The notes: generated by a model from the sequence alone, not told the origin. Positions 1-12,662 are shown, numbered from the stretch's first letter. The stretch is 64,000 bases of DNA from Monocercomonoides exilis PA203 (GCA_001643675.2 LSRY02000001.1:2480001-2544000), one strand, 5' to 3'. Program-made: numbers and translations.

Positions 1-361
1 ACGTGTAATTTGGAATTCAAAGAAATGAGCAGAAAAACGTAAGAATAATCAAAAGACTGGAGGAGAAACATTCAAATTTGATGAACAAGAAAGAAAATAT
101 TGTTTTCTGAATGAAGATTCTGAGCGTTCAAGTCAATTGAAGAAGCAGTTAAAAGAAGAAAGGAAACAAATTGAAGGTCAAAGAAAGATTTTTTTTTAAC
201 AATGTTTCTTTCATTTCATCAAAACGAAGTGGGATATAAAATATTATTTTTGAAAAGATCTTCAAATGCATGTTTGTTTTCTATTTAACGAAATGATGAA
301 AAAAAGAAAAACAGTAATTTTATGTGAAAAAATTCAAAACAATATCTCAAGCATTCACAAA

Positions 362-1775
362 TTAATCAGAAATATCCTCCGACAATTCATCGGAATCAAA
401 AATTATCTTTTTCAGTAGATAAAATAATTTATGATAACTTATGATGATATCTTCGCATCCTCCTTCTTCAAGCTTTTCAAACACTTTCCTTTTCAACTCT
501 TTTCTTTTCGCTTCTTCCCTTTCATCATCCTCCTTTTCTTTCAATCGACTTGAAACATTCATAAAGAATTGTAAGCATTCATTTGTCATGTCTTCATTCA
601 ATGTTTGTCTCTGTATCTCCTCCAAAATAGCATCAATTGCACCGCTTTTCAATAAATCTTCAACTTTCACAATTCTCCTTTCTGATGCAATTTTTAAGGA
701 ATAAATGCATTGATCGCTAATAACGGTGTGATTATCCTTCGCTGCTCGAAATACCTGAACAATATTGTTGATGAGCTCGATATATTCTTCATTCCACAAT
801 GAGCATAAGAAGAAAAAATAATTCAATGCTTGCATCCATCTTATCAATGAAAGCACTTCTTTCGTTTCTTTTCTTCTTTTTTCATTTTCTTCTTTCTTCT
901 TCTAATACATTTCTTGTCAGCTCTTTCATTTCTTTTGCTGCTTCTCTTATAAAACGCTGACTATTCACAATTTCTCCCTCCAAGCTTTTGCCATACCTAA
1001 AATGGTTAATTAAAAATTGCCAAGCAGAATGATAACCAAGTCGTGTCAGATTATGATGCTCTTGATGATAATGAATGATCTCTCTGATTTCATTTTGATA
1101 CAATTCTTTTGGCACTTCCTATGCAAAAAATCAGAAAAAAAAATTGAAAAATGTCAAAAGAAAATTGAAATTCTCAAACACAATATCCTTCGATGCTACT
1201 TTATGCAAATAAAGCCATTTCCACTTCTTTTTGAGTCTCCTCGCTTTCATCTTTGACCGATGCAGCTTTCAGAAGACAAGGCACACAAATAGATAGCAAA
1301 TCATATGAAGGACTAAAGGTTAGCAAAAGATAGCATTCGCAAAGATCAGTCAAATGCTTTTCATTCATTTCTTCTTTTTCTTCTCATTTTCATCAATAAT
1401 CATCTCTTTCATCCTTTCGCTCAATAACGAATAATCAAAAGAATATAATAAAATCTTTTTCAACTCTTTGTAATATCCGACATGCTTCAACAACAAAATT
1501 GTATTTTCAATTGACAATTTTATTTCTTCAATCAATTTGTTCATTTTATCACACAGTTCCGCATTAAAAACTGATTCAAATTCTTCTTTGTTCATTCCAT
1601 CAACAATTTCATTTATCTCAAGGATTTTTTTTTCTCTGTTCATCTTCATAGCAATGCTCCAGCTCAGAAAACAATTCTTCAAAAAAGAACAATTGAAAGA
1701 AAACCAATCAAAAAGAATTTCCATGCTACTGCAATAGCAAACCTATGAACTTTTTTGTGTTGTCTGTCCCCTATA
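362..1775 (-). pseudogene. Pseudogene of the expanded ~450-aa helical family (YHQEHHNLT.LAYQSAW.FLI family), copy 1
   Basis: ORF pieces 1365-1724, 882-1115 and 362-856 align with the intact paralog at 15343-16819 (IHYHQEHHNLTRLGYHSAWQFLI; VKVEDLLKSGAIDAILEEI). There are frameshifts near 1365 and 880 and an in-frame stop. Exon 1 reads ATA TAG where the paralog has ATG AAG. Confidence 0.85.
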
Positions 1776-3817
1776 TACAGATTTTTTTAAAAAAAATTTG
1801 AACCAAAAAACAGCGCCATTTTGATATTCACAATGAAAGATCATTTGATTGATTGAAGAAAACGGATGAAAAATGAAAACTCACAAAATATGAAAGAAAA
1901 ATATGCATTCATACTGTTCCATCAAGCGTTGACATTTTCGACTTGTTATTTCAAAGAAAAAGAATTCTTTGTTTTTTCTCTTTGTATTTATGGATATTTT
2001 GATCAAAGTTTTATTTCAAAAGGAATACAGATTTACAAAACGAGAGTTCAATTAATAAACATTTTCTACAGAATAAGAAGCATTATTTCCAATGATGGCT
2101 GTTGACAACGGTGACTGTGCATTGATATTGAAATTCTATCTGATGAATTATTGTGATTCGTTGTCCAAGGAAATATTACGATTTTCGTTTTGAAAAGAAA
2201 TATCCGAACGTGTGCATTTTATATTGTTCTATTGATTGCAAGATATTTCCGTCTGTATCCTTTCCAAAGTGCAGGAATCCGAATTATTGTTGAAATGGCA
2301 AATCTTCTCGTTGGAGAGCAATACGATGAGAATGGAGCTGATTATTATATAGCAATAAGGATATATAGGAAGTTACGTAAAATATATGATATTTGGCGCA
2401 AGAGGTGAAAACAAATTCAGCTGTAATATTATTAAATGAAGATTTATAAATGGTATTCTGTGAAGACAAAATCTGCACAAAACTATAAAGTATATTGGAG
2501 CATAAGGCAAAGGAGAAGCTTTTTGGGCAAGAAAAGTGGCTTGCCAACCAAGGGGAAGGATATTTATCACATTAAAAAGGCAAGAATTCAATAAAAAAAA
2601 AAGGAGAGCCCAAAAATATCCGTTTTATTCATATAGTTTTCCTATTTCTCGGACTGTGTCAGGCAGACATTGAAAGCGACGAAATTCTATTTCTGACTTC
2701 GCTTTTGCTTCAAGAAAGTGGAGAACAGCCAACGAAGATACATTCAATAATTGAATACTTTTCGGAAATCAAGCAACATTCTGACCAACTGTAACTGGAT
2801 TTAACTGCTGAAAGCATTTTGAGCATTATTAAAAAGCAAGTCTGACGTTGACAATTTGGTGTTTTTGTTTGTGCAGCACACATTTAACTGTCAAACACAT
2901 CTTCAACAACAACACCTCCTCCTCTTCTTTTTTCTGGATATCTGCATCTTCTTTTTCGCATGCTTATCTCTTCAAGGGCAATCTTGAACTGAACAGCCTG
3001 GCGAATGAGATGCCTACGCACTTCTCATTCGCGTCCAATGCATGCAATCAGAGCACATTCAGCATGTTTATCTTCTGTCATCGCTCTTCCTCCCTCACTT
3101 TTCTTTCCGCTCATTGATTGCAAGTTCCTCCTCTTTGTGTTCTTCCAGCTTGCCTCGAAGCTGCTGCTTTCTCTTCATTTCGTGAATGTATTCACAAGCA
3201 GAGATTTGTTGATGCTCATTGGGAAGAGTGAGGAGGGTGAATGAAGGAGAGAGAGAGAGAAAGAGATAAGAAAGAAGGAAGGAAGGAAGGAAGTTGATCA
3301 GGGAGGTTGTCTTGGGATTTAATGATTGTGACTCAACCGAATAGAAAGAGGAAGCGAAGAAAGAAAATTGAGTCGATTATAATAAATATGTTTGATCGAA
3401 AACGCAGGGACTGAAGCTTTCAAAGGCATGAATTATTTTATTTTCTGTCTTTATTTTATTTTTTTTTTATTGTTTTCTTTTGATTTTTGATGTGGAATTA
3501 CTGACTGTTCTTCTGCTGTGTGTGTGGGACAATTGGGTTTCTCTTTTTCAGTTCGCATTCGGATCCAGCCTTTGAGAGGTATCTGCGCACAATTCTGCCT
3601 TCTTAGCATTCTTCTTCTTCCTCCTCTTCTTTTCCATCTCATTTTTCTCCTCCATTGCCCACTCCTCCATTGTCTCCTCCACTTTCTCCACCTCCTCTGT
3701 CTCTTTCCTCTCCTCTTCAATTTTCTCTTCCTTTATCTTTGTCTTCTTCTTCCTCTTCCTCATTAAATTCTCCTTCTTCATCTTCTTCACATTTTTCACC
3801 TTTTTCATCTCCTTTTC

Positions 3818-3917
3818 ATTCTTCTTCTTCTTCTTCTTCTTCTTCTTCTTCTTCTTCTTCTTCTTCTTCTTCTTCTTCTTCTTCTTCTTCTTCTTCTTCT
3901 TCTTCTTCTTCTTCTTC
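3818..3917 (+). repeat. (TTC)n microsatellite, about 33 units
   Basis: Perfect trinucleotide tract seen directly; it produces the poly-K and poly-S ORFs in the track. Confidence 0.95.
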
Positions 3918-4439
3918 CTCTTTTTCCTCTTCCTCTTTTTCTCCATCTTCTTTTTCTTAAGCTGCTTCTTCATCTTTGTATTCCTTCTTCTTTGCAATTA
4001 TCTTCATTTGATGCTTTTTGAATTTACAGAGCCAGCAGACAAACATCATTATTTTGTTTTTGAAGAGAAAGGCAACGAAACTGTCAAAAGTTTGCAAATG
4101 AACTGAGGATAACAATCTTCATTGGCAAATTAATGCGAATTGCAGATATTATTTGTTTTTGGGATTTTGTATTCCTTTCAAAGTCAACTTATCAAGGATG
4201 ATATTTTTGCCAACTGACAACATCTTTTTAAGTGTCTTCATCTTCTTCAGAAAAGTTATTTGGTTGATTATTCGTCTCTCAATAATTTCTTTCATCTTCT
4301 TCTTCGCATTCTTCAATTTCTTCAACATCTTCTTATTTCCCACTAACTGTACCATCTTCATCTTCACTGTTATCTTCTTCTTCAGCTCCTTCTCCAATTT
4401 TTCCAATGTTTTTTCACTCACTTGGCATTCGATCAAACC

Positions 4440-6520
4440 ATCGACCTAATGATTCATATGTGCCATTCAATTCAGAAGAACCATTGAACTGAACTGAAAA
4501 TAGCTTCATTCGCTTTTCTTCCTCTCAACATCCATTCACCACATACGCCTTCATTTCGTTTTTCATTCATTATTCTAATGATGAAAAAAGAAGCCATCTG
4601 TACAAAATCGGTCTTTTCATTGAATATTCTTCTTCTTCTTCTTCAACGCCTTCTTTGATAAACAGGCCTCATCTTTTATTATCTTTTCTGAAACACAAAA
4701 GAAATATTCATTCTGATGTTGAATGCCAGCTGAAGTTGTATGAAAATGAGAGATCTGCATTAAACCAAGAAAAGCCAATCATCTGGTGCACAATCCATGA
4801 AGATTGAATCTTCATTATTTGTTTGGAAGCTTAAAGAGTTCACAGAAAACAGAAGGAGTAGGGCAGAAGACGTTATTCGGAACAAATTTTTATGTGGATG
4901 ATGTTTGAGAGATTGCATAATGCTCTTTGTATTCGACTAATCGCAGAAGATGAAACAAAGAGAGCAAGCAATTTTGAGGAAAAGGCATATTCTACGAGAA
5001 ATTGTGTGAGATTCTTGCTCTAATTGGATAGGAACAAGTTGGAATATGAAAGCTGACGAAAATATAATTATTGAAAAACCTTCGAGTATGATTGAAGAAA
5101 TGCATTTTGAAGAAAAGAAATAGATGATTCTTTAAAGCAACAAGCGGAATTTGCCTTTGATGAAAAGGAGAAAATACATGAAGAAATGATGGAGAAATAA
5201 TCTTCAATTTGAGCTGATTTTGTGCTCTATGAAAAATATGTGATGATATTTGCTTTTGTTGAAAGTGATATGAAAGTTCATGGATTTTTCTATGATATGG
5301 AAAATTATCAGAATTTGAAGAAATAGTTGTGAAAATTATGATAAAGTTAATTAATTCCAGTAATTTTTGCATCAACCACGCTGAAAGTGAGTGTTTGAAT
5401 GGAAACAAATGTTGAGGAAAGAAGAGTGAGAAAGGCGTCATGGGCATCTGTCATGCGAACAACAGTATGTTCCATTGTTTCACATGGACTGAGTTGTGTG
5501 ATTCCGCAGAGATCGGTGTTTGTTCCATTATTTGACACGATTTTGAATGTTGTTATGAGAGGAAGCCATCTGTTGAACTCAACATTATCAGCAGTTCCTG
5601 CATTCAACACTCTTTTTGTTGGGGTTGTTGAACCACAATTCTCGAATGGAGATTGAGCGATACTGCTTCCACTGAAGAACACATCGTTTCATCTACCATT
5701 TTTGGCAGAGTTGCCATCGAAAAAGCAGAAAGTTATGAATTTGACATCATTCATCCAGGAATAAGTTGAATAGAAAAAAATGGCAGAACCTCCAAATGAG
5801 GAAGAAGCAGTCAATTCGTTGTTTATGAACTGACAGTCATTGACTAAAAACTGGTTGGTCTTGTTATTCGGAGGCCAATGAAATGTGAGAGAACCCGCAG
5901 AATATTTTCCAGAATTTGAAATGCACTTGCATTTTGTAAACAGGAATTGAGCATTTGATGGCATTCCACCAATCCCAAAATACCAGCCAGTTCCACACCA
6001 GTATGTTATTGAACAACTTTCAACTTTGTTTTCTGAGAATGCCCAAACAGAACTGGATTGTGGCCAGCCAACATGAGCAGCTCCTGCGTGCAATGCCGAA
6101 CAATTTGAAAAATTAGATGTTGTGATTTTTCATTTGACAAATTTTGTCCGTAAAGTGCCCCACCTTCTCCGTCAGTTGAACAATTGAAAAATGAACACGA
6201 ATTGATTGTGAGATTTGCATTTTCGCAAACAACACAAAGAGCTCCGCCATTATTTTATTCACCTGTTGAATCATTCCATTCGCACCACTCAAATTTATGG
6301 CTGTTCAGATCAAAATCATTCAACCTTCCAAGTTTCACTCTTTGAGATTCCGTTCCCACAGTGCAACAGCAGCATTTGGCGAAGAGCGTATTTGAGGGAA
6401 AAAAGAGGTGTTGAAGGCAGAGAAAGAAGGGAATGTACTTTTGAGGTTGGGGAGAATGGCGCCATCGATGGGATTGTGGGCATGGATGAAGAGAGAAAAT
6501 TATGCAAAAAAAGGATGGTG
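4440..6520 (-). pseudogene. Fragmented relic of a Cys/Ser-rich beta-helix-like surface protein related to the ectodomain of the 52923-60710 gene
   Basis: ORF pieces 5689-6093 (FGGSAIFF..ITFCFFDGNSAKNGR) and 5347-5682 (TDLCGITQLSPCETMEH) match the FFCFFHNNTCGKVGND and YACGLDKSNPCSTI segments of the 2595-aa protein. The frame is broken by stops and frameshifts; ends are approximate. Confidence 0.7.
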
Positions 6521-7098
6521 ATAAGAAAAAGAAGAAAAAGAAGAAAAAGAAGAAGTTGAAAAGAAATGCTAGTCAGTGAACTGTTCCGTTACAAAAAGTG
6601 CACGTATGCAGCTATTTCTATTTTGTGCAATGAAATTGTTCTGAACATTTAATTATCTTCGTCACTTTTTTTATCCAAATAAATATCGCAGCGCATGTGC
6701 TTTCTTCAATTATTACACAATTATAATAATGAAGGAACTATTCAACAAATGAATTAATTTTTTAATTTTGTGTAAAAAGCTTTTTTTGAATGTATTAATT
6801 GAAAATTCCATCAACATATAAAAAACCAAAATATTTGTTGTAATAACATTTTTTCAACAAAAAATACAATGCCAAATATTCCACATAGAAATTTTAAATT
6901 ACGAAAAAAATAACTTTTGTGATATTTTTCATTAATTTCAACATCATTCAGAAAACGCCAACTTCAATTGAAATTCATCTGGTTTATTTGTATTGAGATA
7001 ACATTTTTGAAAATTTTTAAGGAAAAAAAAAATTAGCTGATTAATTTTTAAGTAATATAAACATTGATCAGAAAATCGATTGAAGAGCGATTTACTGA

Positions 7099-10000
7099 AT
7101 GCTTTGGAGAATAATTCTTTTCCAAGTTGCAATATTGATTTACTCAAAAGACGTTAATGGTGAGGCAACAGAAGTCTACGTGAGGCGAAGCGGGAACGAT
7201 GGCAACAGCGGTTTGGCGATCGGCAAGGAAAAACTAACATTGAGCGATGCATACAGTGTACTGAGTAACGACATTGAATGTCGCATGAAGGTTGTTTATG
7301 ATGATGATGGACCATTTATTGCAGATTCCGTTGGATTTAATAATGAATATGGAATCACGATTGAAGGATGGAATAGTGAGGAAAATGGAAACACTGAAGT
7401 GGAAATGGACTGTAAAGAACATCCGGGGTATAATCTTTTCACATGCAGAGGAACTGTAACATTTCTGTATTTGACATTTCAATTTCCATCAACATTAAGA
7501 AATGAGAATCAAGGGAATTCATTTTGTTCATTGATATTAAGTCTTGAAGCTAATTTGTCGATTACAAACTGCAGTTTCAATCCACCAGAAACAACGGGTG
7601 AGGGTGTTGATTATTATCTAGTGTTTGCATCAGGGGGTTTATTGACAATGTTCAATGTCGAATGTTCAAATGGTCGTAATGAATTGATATTTCAGAAGGA
7701 ACTGTTTGTAGCAAATGAAACTCGTGCGGTAGAATTAACAGGTTTATTTTTGAGGAGAATTCAGACAACTGCACAGTCCGTTGTCTTTATCTCATGTTGC
7801 AGGGAATGTGATGCATTATTGAACAATTGTACGTTTCGTGAATGTAAAGAAGTATCTATGGAAGAAAGTCGCGGAGCATTGTTCGTTGATTTCATTGGAA
7901 ATGACTGCATATTTTCAGTTGGAGATAAAGTACCCACGATTTTTTCATCATGTAGTTGCAGAAATAATAAAGGTTCTGGAGGAATGTATCTGATGATCCG
8001 AAATTTGGAATCAGCAAATAACCTTCAATGGCCTACAGACGGAAGTAATCTGGTGTTTGACAGATGCAAAGCAGGAGAAGGTGAATCAGAAAGGAACATC
8101 GGATTATATTTGAAGATGACAAATGACTCATTATTCGAAGATATAGCAAATTCAATGAGAAACAGTTTTGCGATTAATTATACAAAAGCAGAGCACATGT
8201 GGTATATTACTGGATGTGATTCTGTTAATTTAGAAGAGGTAGATTTTGTATCCAAATTTTTTGATACCTCAAATCCACCACAAACGCCTACAAAGATTTA
8301 TGCGATGTCTGGTGGTGATGGGAGTGGCGAAAGCTTGGTGCATCCAATTGGCGTTCTGAGAGATGAATTTCTTAACTTAGAAAAGAATGCAGAGTGCTTC
8401 ATTGAAATTATCGCAACAGACAGAGCTCTTTCGGTGGAAGAAATAGTGTTTAACTTTAGCAAAGGAATAATGATTGAAGGAATGAGCAGCGATGGAAGTG
8501 GCAATAAGGAAGCGTGTATCAATTGTGATGTCAGTTCAAGCTCAGCTCTTTTCACATGCATAGGAGTGGTGAACTTCCAGCTTTTGGCATTCAACTTTCC
8601 CGTTGCAAGAACACAGTGGAACGCTTTGATTAGATCAGATGGAAGTTCAACATTTCTAACAATCAACAATTGCCGATTTGTCAGAGTAGAACCAGAGTCA
8701 TCAGAAGGAGCTTATTCATGTCTTGATGAAGATGAATCTATTTTTAGCAATCTTGTGAGAGCTTCTGAAGGAAAAGTTACAATAAACAATGTTTTGTGCG
8801 CAAGTGATTCGATTTGTGTTTCATTTATGTTTTCGCCATTTTATTTTGAAAGAGCCAGTGAGGTTTTATTGAATGGAGTGAATGTGAGCAACATGAAGAT
8901 TGAAAATAATGCCACATTTTCGTTTGAAGATTCAGAAGACAAATCATCGCAAATTACAGTTGACGGAGTGAATGTTCAAAACGTGAATTCGGAGTATGGA
9001 AACGCAGCAGGGCTGGAGATATATTTGCACTCAGAAGAATCGACCGTGGCGATTGGAAGACGGAGCAGATGCGCATTCAAATCTTGTTCAGCGCCAGTGG
9101 GAAAAGCCGGTGCAATATACATTTGGATGGCAAAGATAAAGCCAAATCTTCAGCTTCCTTCAGCAGGCAATTTGAATGTTGACAGCTCAAACACAGTTGG
9201 GTCGTTGCCGATATCAATGTTCATCGAAAGCGAAGGCATCGATGAGTTCTGCAAACAAGAAAATGTGTTTGAGTTTGCGGATGCTTTCGAAGGATCGATA
9301 GCTGGCTGGATAATGGGAAGCAAAAATAATCAATCAGTTTCAGAAGATTTGTATGAGAAGTATTTGAAGTGGAAGGAAGAAGGTCCAAAGGAAGATGACC
9401 CGAAGGAAGATGATCCGAAGGAAGATGATCCGAAGGATAAAGAGGATAAAGGAGGAGATGGAGGAAAAGAAGGAAATGGAGAAGAAGAGAAGCCATTTGC
9501 TTGGTGGATTATTGTGATTGTTGTTGGAGTTGTGGCAGTTGTGGCAGTTGTTTGTGTCATTTTGATTGTGATGAAGAAGAAGAGGAGCTCAAAGAACAGG
9601 ATTAATGTTGAGGATGAGGAGAACGAATCAGAAGGAAAAGGAGGAAAAGGAGGAAGAAACAAGAAACGAACAAAGCGAGGCGGTGAATTGGAAGAAGGGA
9701 GGCCAGCGAAGAACTTTGTGGTTGATGCTGATTCAGATGGAAGCAGCAGGAAAGCTGATGAAGGTGATAGTGGTGATAATGGTGATGGAACATTAGAGGC
9801 AGAGTATGAAACAGAAGAAGAAGAAGAAAAAGACAGAACAGGGAAAAACGGTGAGAAAGAGGCGAATTGGAAGGGAAATGCATCAGTCAGACAACATTTG
9901 GACAATGTCAAACAAAACATCAATGAAACTTTTGAGCAATTTGAACAAAAAGAGCAAAGGGAAAAAATTGGGAATGCAATTGTTGCAGAGGCAGTTAGCC

Positions 10001-10137
10001 ATGTTTTATCTTCCACTTCTTCTTCCTCCTCTTTTTCTTCAGTTTTGAATGAAGAAGGGTTGCAAGCAAAGGAATTGGCAGCAGGCATCAAAGGATTAAT
10101 TGCAGAAGCAAATGTTATGTCGCCTTTATCTGAATAA
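7099..10137 (+). CDS. Type I membrane protein, 1012 aa: signal peptide, two ~370-aa Cys-containing beta-helix-like ectodomain repeats, (PKEDD)n stalk, one TM helix, charged cytoplasmic tail
   Basis: Long intronless ORF with hydrophobic N-terminus MLWRIILFQVAILIYS and TM segment WWIIVIVVGVVAVVAVVCVILIVM followed by KKKR. Internal duplication: GITIEGWNSEENGNTEVEMDC vs GIMIEGMSSDGSGNKEACINC. Confidence 0.9.
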   Translation: MLWRIILFQVAILIYSKDVNGEATEVYVRRSGNDGNSGLAIGKEKLTLSDAYSVLSNDIECRMKVVYDDDGPFIADSVGFNNEYGITIEGWNSEENGNTEVEMDCKEHPGYNLFTCRGTVTFLYLTFQFPSTLRNENQGNSFCSLILSLEANLSITNCSFNPPETTGEGVDYYLVFASGGLLTMFNVECSNGRNELIFQKELFVANETRAVELTGLFLRRIQTTAQSVVFISCCRECDALLNNCTFRECKEVSMEESRGALFVDFIGNDCIFSVGDKVPTIFSSCSCRNNKGSGGMYLMIRNLESANNLQWPTDGSNLVFDRCKAGEGESERNIGLYLKMTNDSLFEDIANSMRNSFAINYTKAEHMWYITGCDSVNLEEVDFVSKFFDTSNPPQTPTKIYAMSGGDGSGESLVHPIGVLRDEFLNLEKNAECFIEIIATDRALSVEEIVFNFSKGIMIEGMSSDGSGNKEACINCDVSSSSALFTCIGVVNFQLLAFNFPVARTQWNALIRSDGSSTFLTINNCRFVRVEPESSEGAYSCLDEDESIFSNLVRASEGKVTINNVLCASDSICVSFMFSPFYFERASEVLLNGVNVSNMKIENNATFSFEDSEDKSSQITVDGVNVQNVNSEYGNAAGLEIYLHSEESTVAIGRRSRCAFKSCSAPVGKAGAIYIWMAKIKPNLQLPSAGNLNVDSSNTVGSLPISMFIESEGIDEFCKQENVFEFADAFEGSIAGWIMGSKNNQSVSEDLYEKYLKWKEEGPKEDDPKEDDPKEDDPKDKEDKGGDGGKEGNGEEEKPFAWWIIVIVVGVVAVVAVVCVILIVMKKKRSSKNRINVEDEENESEGKGGKGGRNKKRTKRGGELEEGRPAKNFVVDADSDGSSRKADEGDSGDNGDGTLEAEYETEEEEEKDRTGKNGEKEANWKGNASVRQHLDNVKQNINETFEQFEQKEQREKIGNAIVAEAVSHVLSSTSSSSSFSSVLNEEGLQAKELAAGIKGLIAEANVMSPLSE
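9385..9438 (+). repeat. 15-bp coding tandem repeat (CC(A/G)AAGGAAGATGA(C/T)), about 3.5 units, encoding PKEDD
   Basis: Seen directly, just upstream of the TM helix. Confidence 0.9.
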
Positions 10138-10891
10138 CCAAGAGGGAATATATCAAAATGGACGAGGAAGATATCAAAGAGAATGCCTTCAAAGAAGAAG
10201 AAGAAAGAAAAGAAAAAGGAAAGAAAAAGAAAAAGAAAAAGAAGGGAAAAAGAAGAATGAAGAGCATAAATGAGTTTTAACAAAAATACAAAAGATTTTA
10301 ATAATTATAATCAAATCACATTGATTGTTTGCTCATATTTTTCTTTTTTTCCTTCTTTTTTTATTTTATTTTTATTTTTATTTTTATTCGAATTCTGAAT
10401 TGCATTCTCTTTGATTATTTTCCAGTTTTCAAAAGAAATCCAGAAAAAATATTTTTTGATTTATCTTTATCTTTATCTTTATTTATCTTATTTTTCTTAT
10501 TTTTCTTGTTTATCTTTATTTTTTTATTTATTTTATGATTTACTCATTGAAATATCAATTGATATTTTTTGAGAAGTTCTTCGTTGCATTTGCGATGAAA
10601 CCCGTTTTTTGCTTCTATTTCTTAAACTTCTGATTTTTTCTCTTTATCTTTTTCTTCATTTTCTTCATTTTATGACTAATTTGCTCCTAAATGCCACAAC
10701 TTTCAAAAAAGTTGTGAGTATTTTTTTCTTGTTTAATTAGTTTGAAATTGCATTTTTTCTTCTCCTTTTGAAAACAAAAAAAAATATATTAAAATTTTTA
10801 TTTTCTCGTTTTTTATTGAATGGCTTTTGTAATTTAACTTCTGTGTGTAACTCATCAATTTCTTTCAGTCATGCTTGTTGTGTTTTGCATA

Positions 10892-11897
10892 GGGTCAACT
10901 TTTTAATGGGACTTTTTTCTTTATTGGCACTTTTTTTGTTTTTGCATGCCAATCATTCAAAAAAGCTTGATGAACCACAACACTCGGATGAGTGTGTTTA
11001 TAAAACAAATACATTAAATTACCGGTTTGTTTTTTAAATTTTGTTTATTTTTCGTAGAGATACAGCAATTTTTAATTTATTTTGAAGTGACTTTTTTCAG
11101 CCGAGAAAGCATTTCACAAAAATTTGAAATCCTTTTTTAAAAACTACTAGCATTATCCTTTTTATATTCAAAATCTTAAGTTTAACAATTTGCTTTTTCT
11201 TCATTTTTTCACATTTCAATTTTTTATCAACATGCAAACACAAATTTGAAAATTTCTTTGTTATTAAAATGAAGTGTTAAAAATAAAAATATGAAATGAA
11301 AATTACACACTCTTATGAAGAAGTGTGAAAAAGGTTGAACATAGAAATTTTCTATTTCCATCAAACACATCGAAATTGAATAAGTTTGATCTCAGATCAT
11401 TCAATGTTGTGACCATTCACCTGTTTGAGATAAAACGAAAATTTTAATGTTCAACCTTTTTCACACTTCTTCACAAGAGTGTGTATTTTTCATTTCATAT
11501 TTTTATTTTTAACACTTCATTTTAATAACAAAGAAATTTTCAAATTTGTGTTTGCATGTTGATAAAAAATTGAAATGTGAAAAAATGAAGAAAAAGCAAA
11601 TTGTTAAACTTAAGATTTTGAATATAAAAAGGATAATGCTAGTAGTTTTTAAAAAAGGATTTCAAATTTTTGTGAAATGCTTTCTCGGCTGAAAAAAGTC
11701 ACTTCAAAATAAATTAAAAATTGCTGTATCTCTACGAAAAATAAACAAAATTTAAAAAACAAACCGGTAATTTAATGTATTTGTTTTATAAACACACTCA
11801 TCCGAGTGTTGTGGTTCATCAAGCTTTTTTGAATGATTGGCATGCAAAAACAAAAAAAGTGCCAATAAAGAAAAAAGTCCCATTAAAAAGTTGACCC
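10892..11897. mobile_element. 1006-bp non-autonomous foldback/MITE-like DNA element with ~450-bp nearly perfect inverted arms and TA flanks
   Basis: TA|GGGTCAACTTTTTAATGGGAC at 10892 and GTCCCATTAAAAAGTTGACCC|TA ending at 11897. Arm 10892-11342 is the reverse complement of 11447-11897 with two substitutions seen near the inner end. The spacer is ~100 bp and unique; there is no ORF. Confidence 0.92.
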
Positions 11898-12662
11898 TAG
11901 TTTTCTTTGTGAAATCAGTGAATTTATTTCAAGAAAATAAAAAGAAAGATATTTTTCCACTTTTATATTTGAATTCATTCGACAGAAGAAATTCTATTTT
12001 TGAATGATTTGTGAAGCAATTTGTGAAGAGAGTATTGGAAAATGGAGATGATAATCTTGTTTTTCATTATTCTCGTCCAACAATGTTGGAGTTTGTTTGT
12101 ATTTTATATTCATTCTCTTTCTCTCTTTGAAGTTTCTTTGTTGAAGTTCTTTGAATCACTTTTTTAAAAAAAACAGTTCATTTAGGAATTAATTTTTTAT
12201 TTTTTTTTATTTTTGTTGTTTCCATTTGGAATAAAAAATGATGAAGAAGAATGTCGAATGAACTTAAAATTAACTGAAAACTCAATGAAAATTGCAAAAA
12301 TAGTTTGGAACAAAAGATAAAAAAGGCTTCATTCAAATTCTTCCAAAGTTGGCAATTTTCTTCGGTCAAATTTGAAACGTGTCTTCTTTTTTATTCATTT
12401 TGTTGAATGCGAAGAAGTCTTTGAATTTTTGTCAATCCTTTTCATATTTCAATATTCTGAGCATATTCCTTCTTCAATTCTTCTTGTTATGTTTTCATCA
12501 TTCAAAATTATTATTTGCTCTTCTTCTTTGAATTCTTCTTCTTCTTCTGGAAATCTTCTTTTTGAATATTTGCTTCTCCTGAAAAAGAATTGCTGAATAA
12601 GAATTTTCGTTGTTTTCTTCTTATCTTCGGTTATTTTTCTTCCTTATATTTCTTTCTTTCTT

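Noticed and set aside
3451-4449. Poly-K, poly-S and poly-F ORFs as real proteins
   Set aside because: They are generated by TTC/GAA microsatellites; the region may be a decayed E/K-rich gene, but no consistent frame or family could be supported.
9330-10283. 317-aa minus-strand ORF
   Set aside because: It is antisense to the purine-rich 3' end of the 7099-10137 gene and is low-complexity S/F/P.
10892-11897. Foldback as a sequencing or assembly chimera
   Set aside because: The arms differ at a few sites, there is a unique spacer, TA flanks both ends, and independent elements with the same terminal layout occur at 13786 and 63418.
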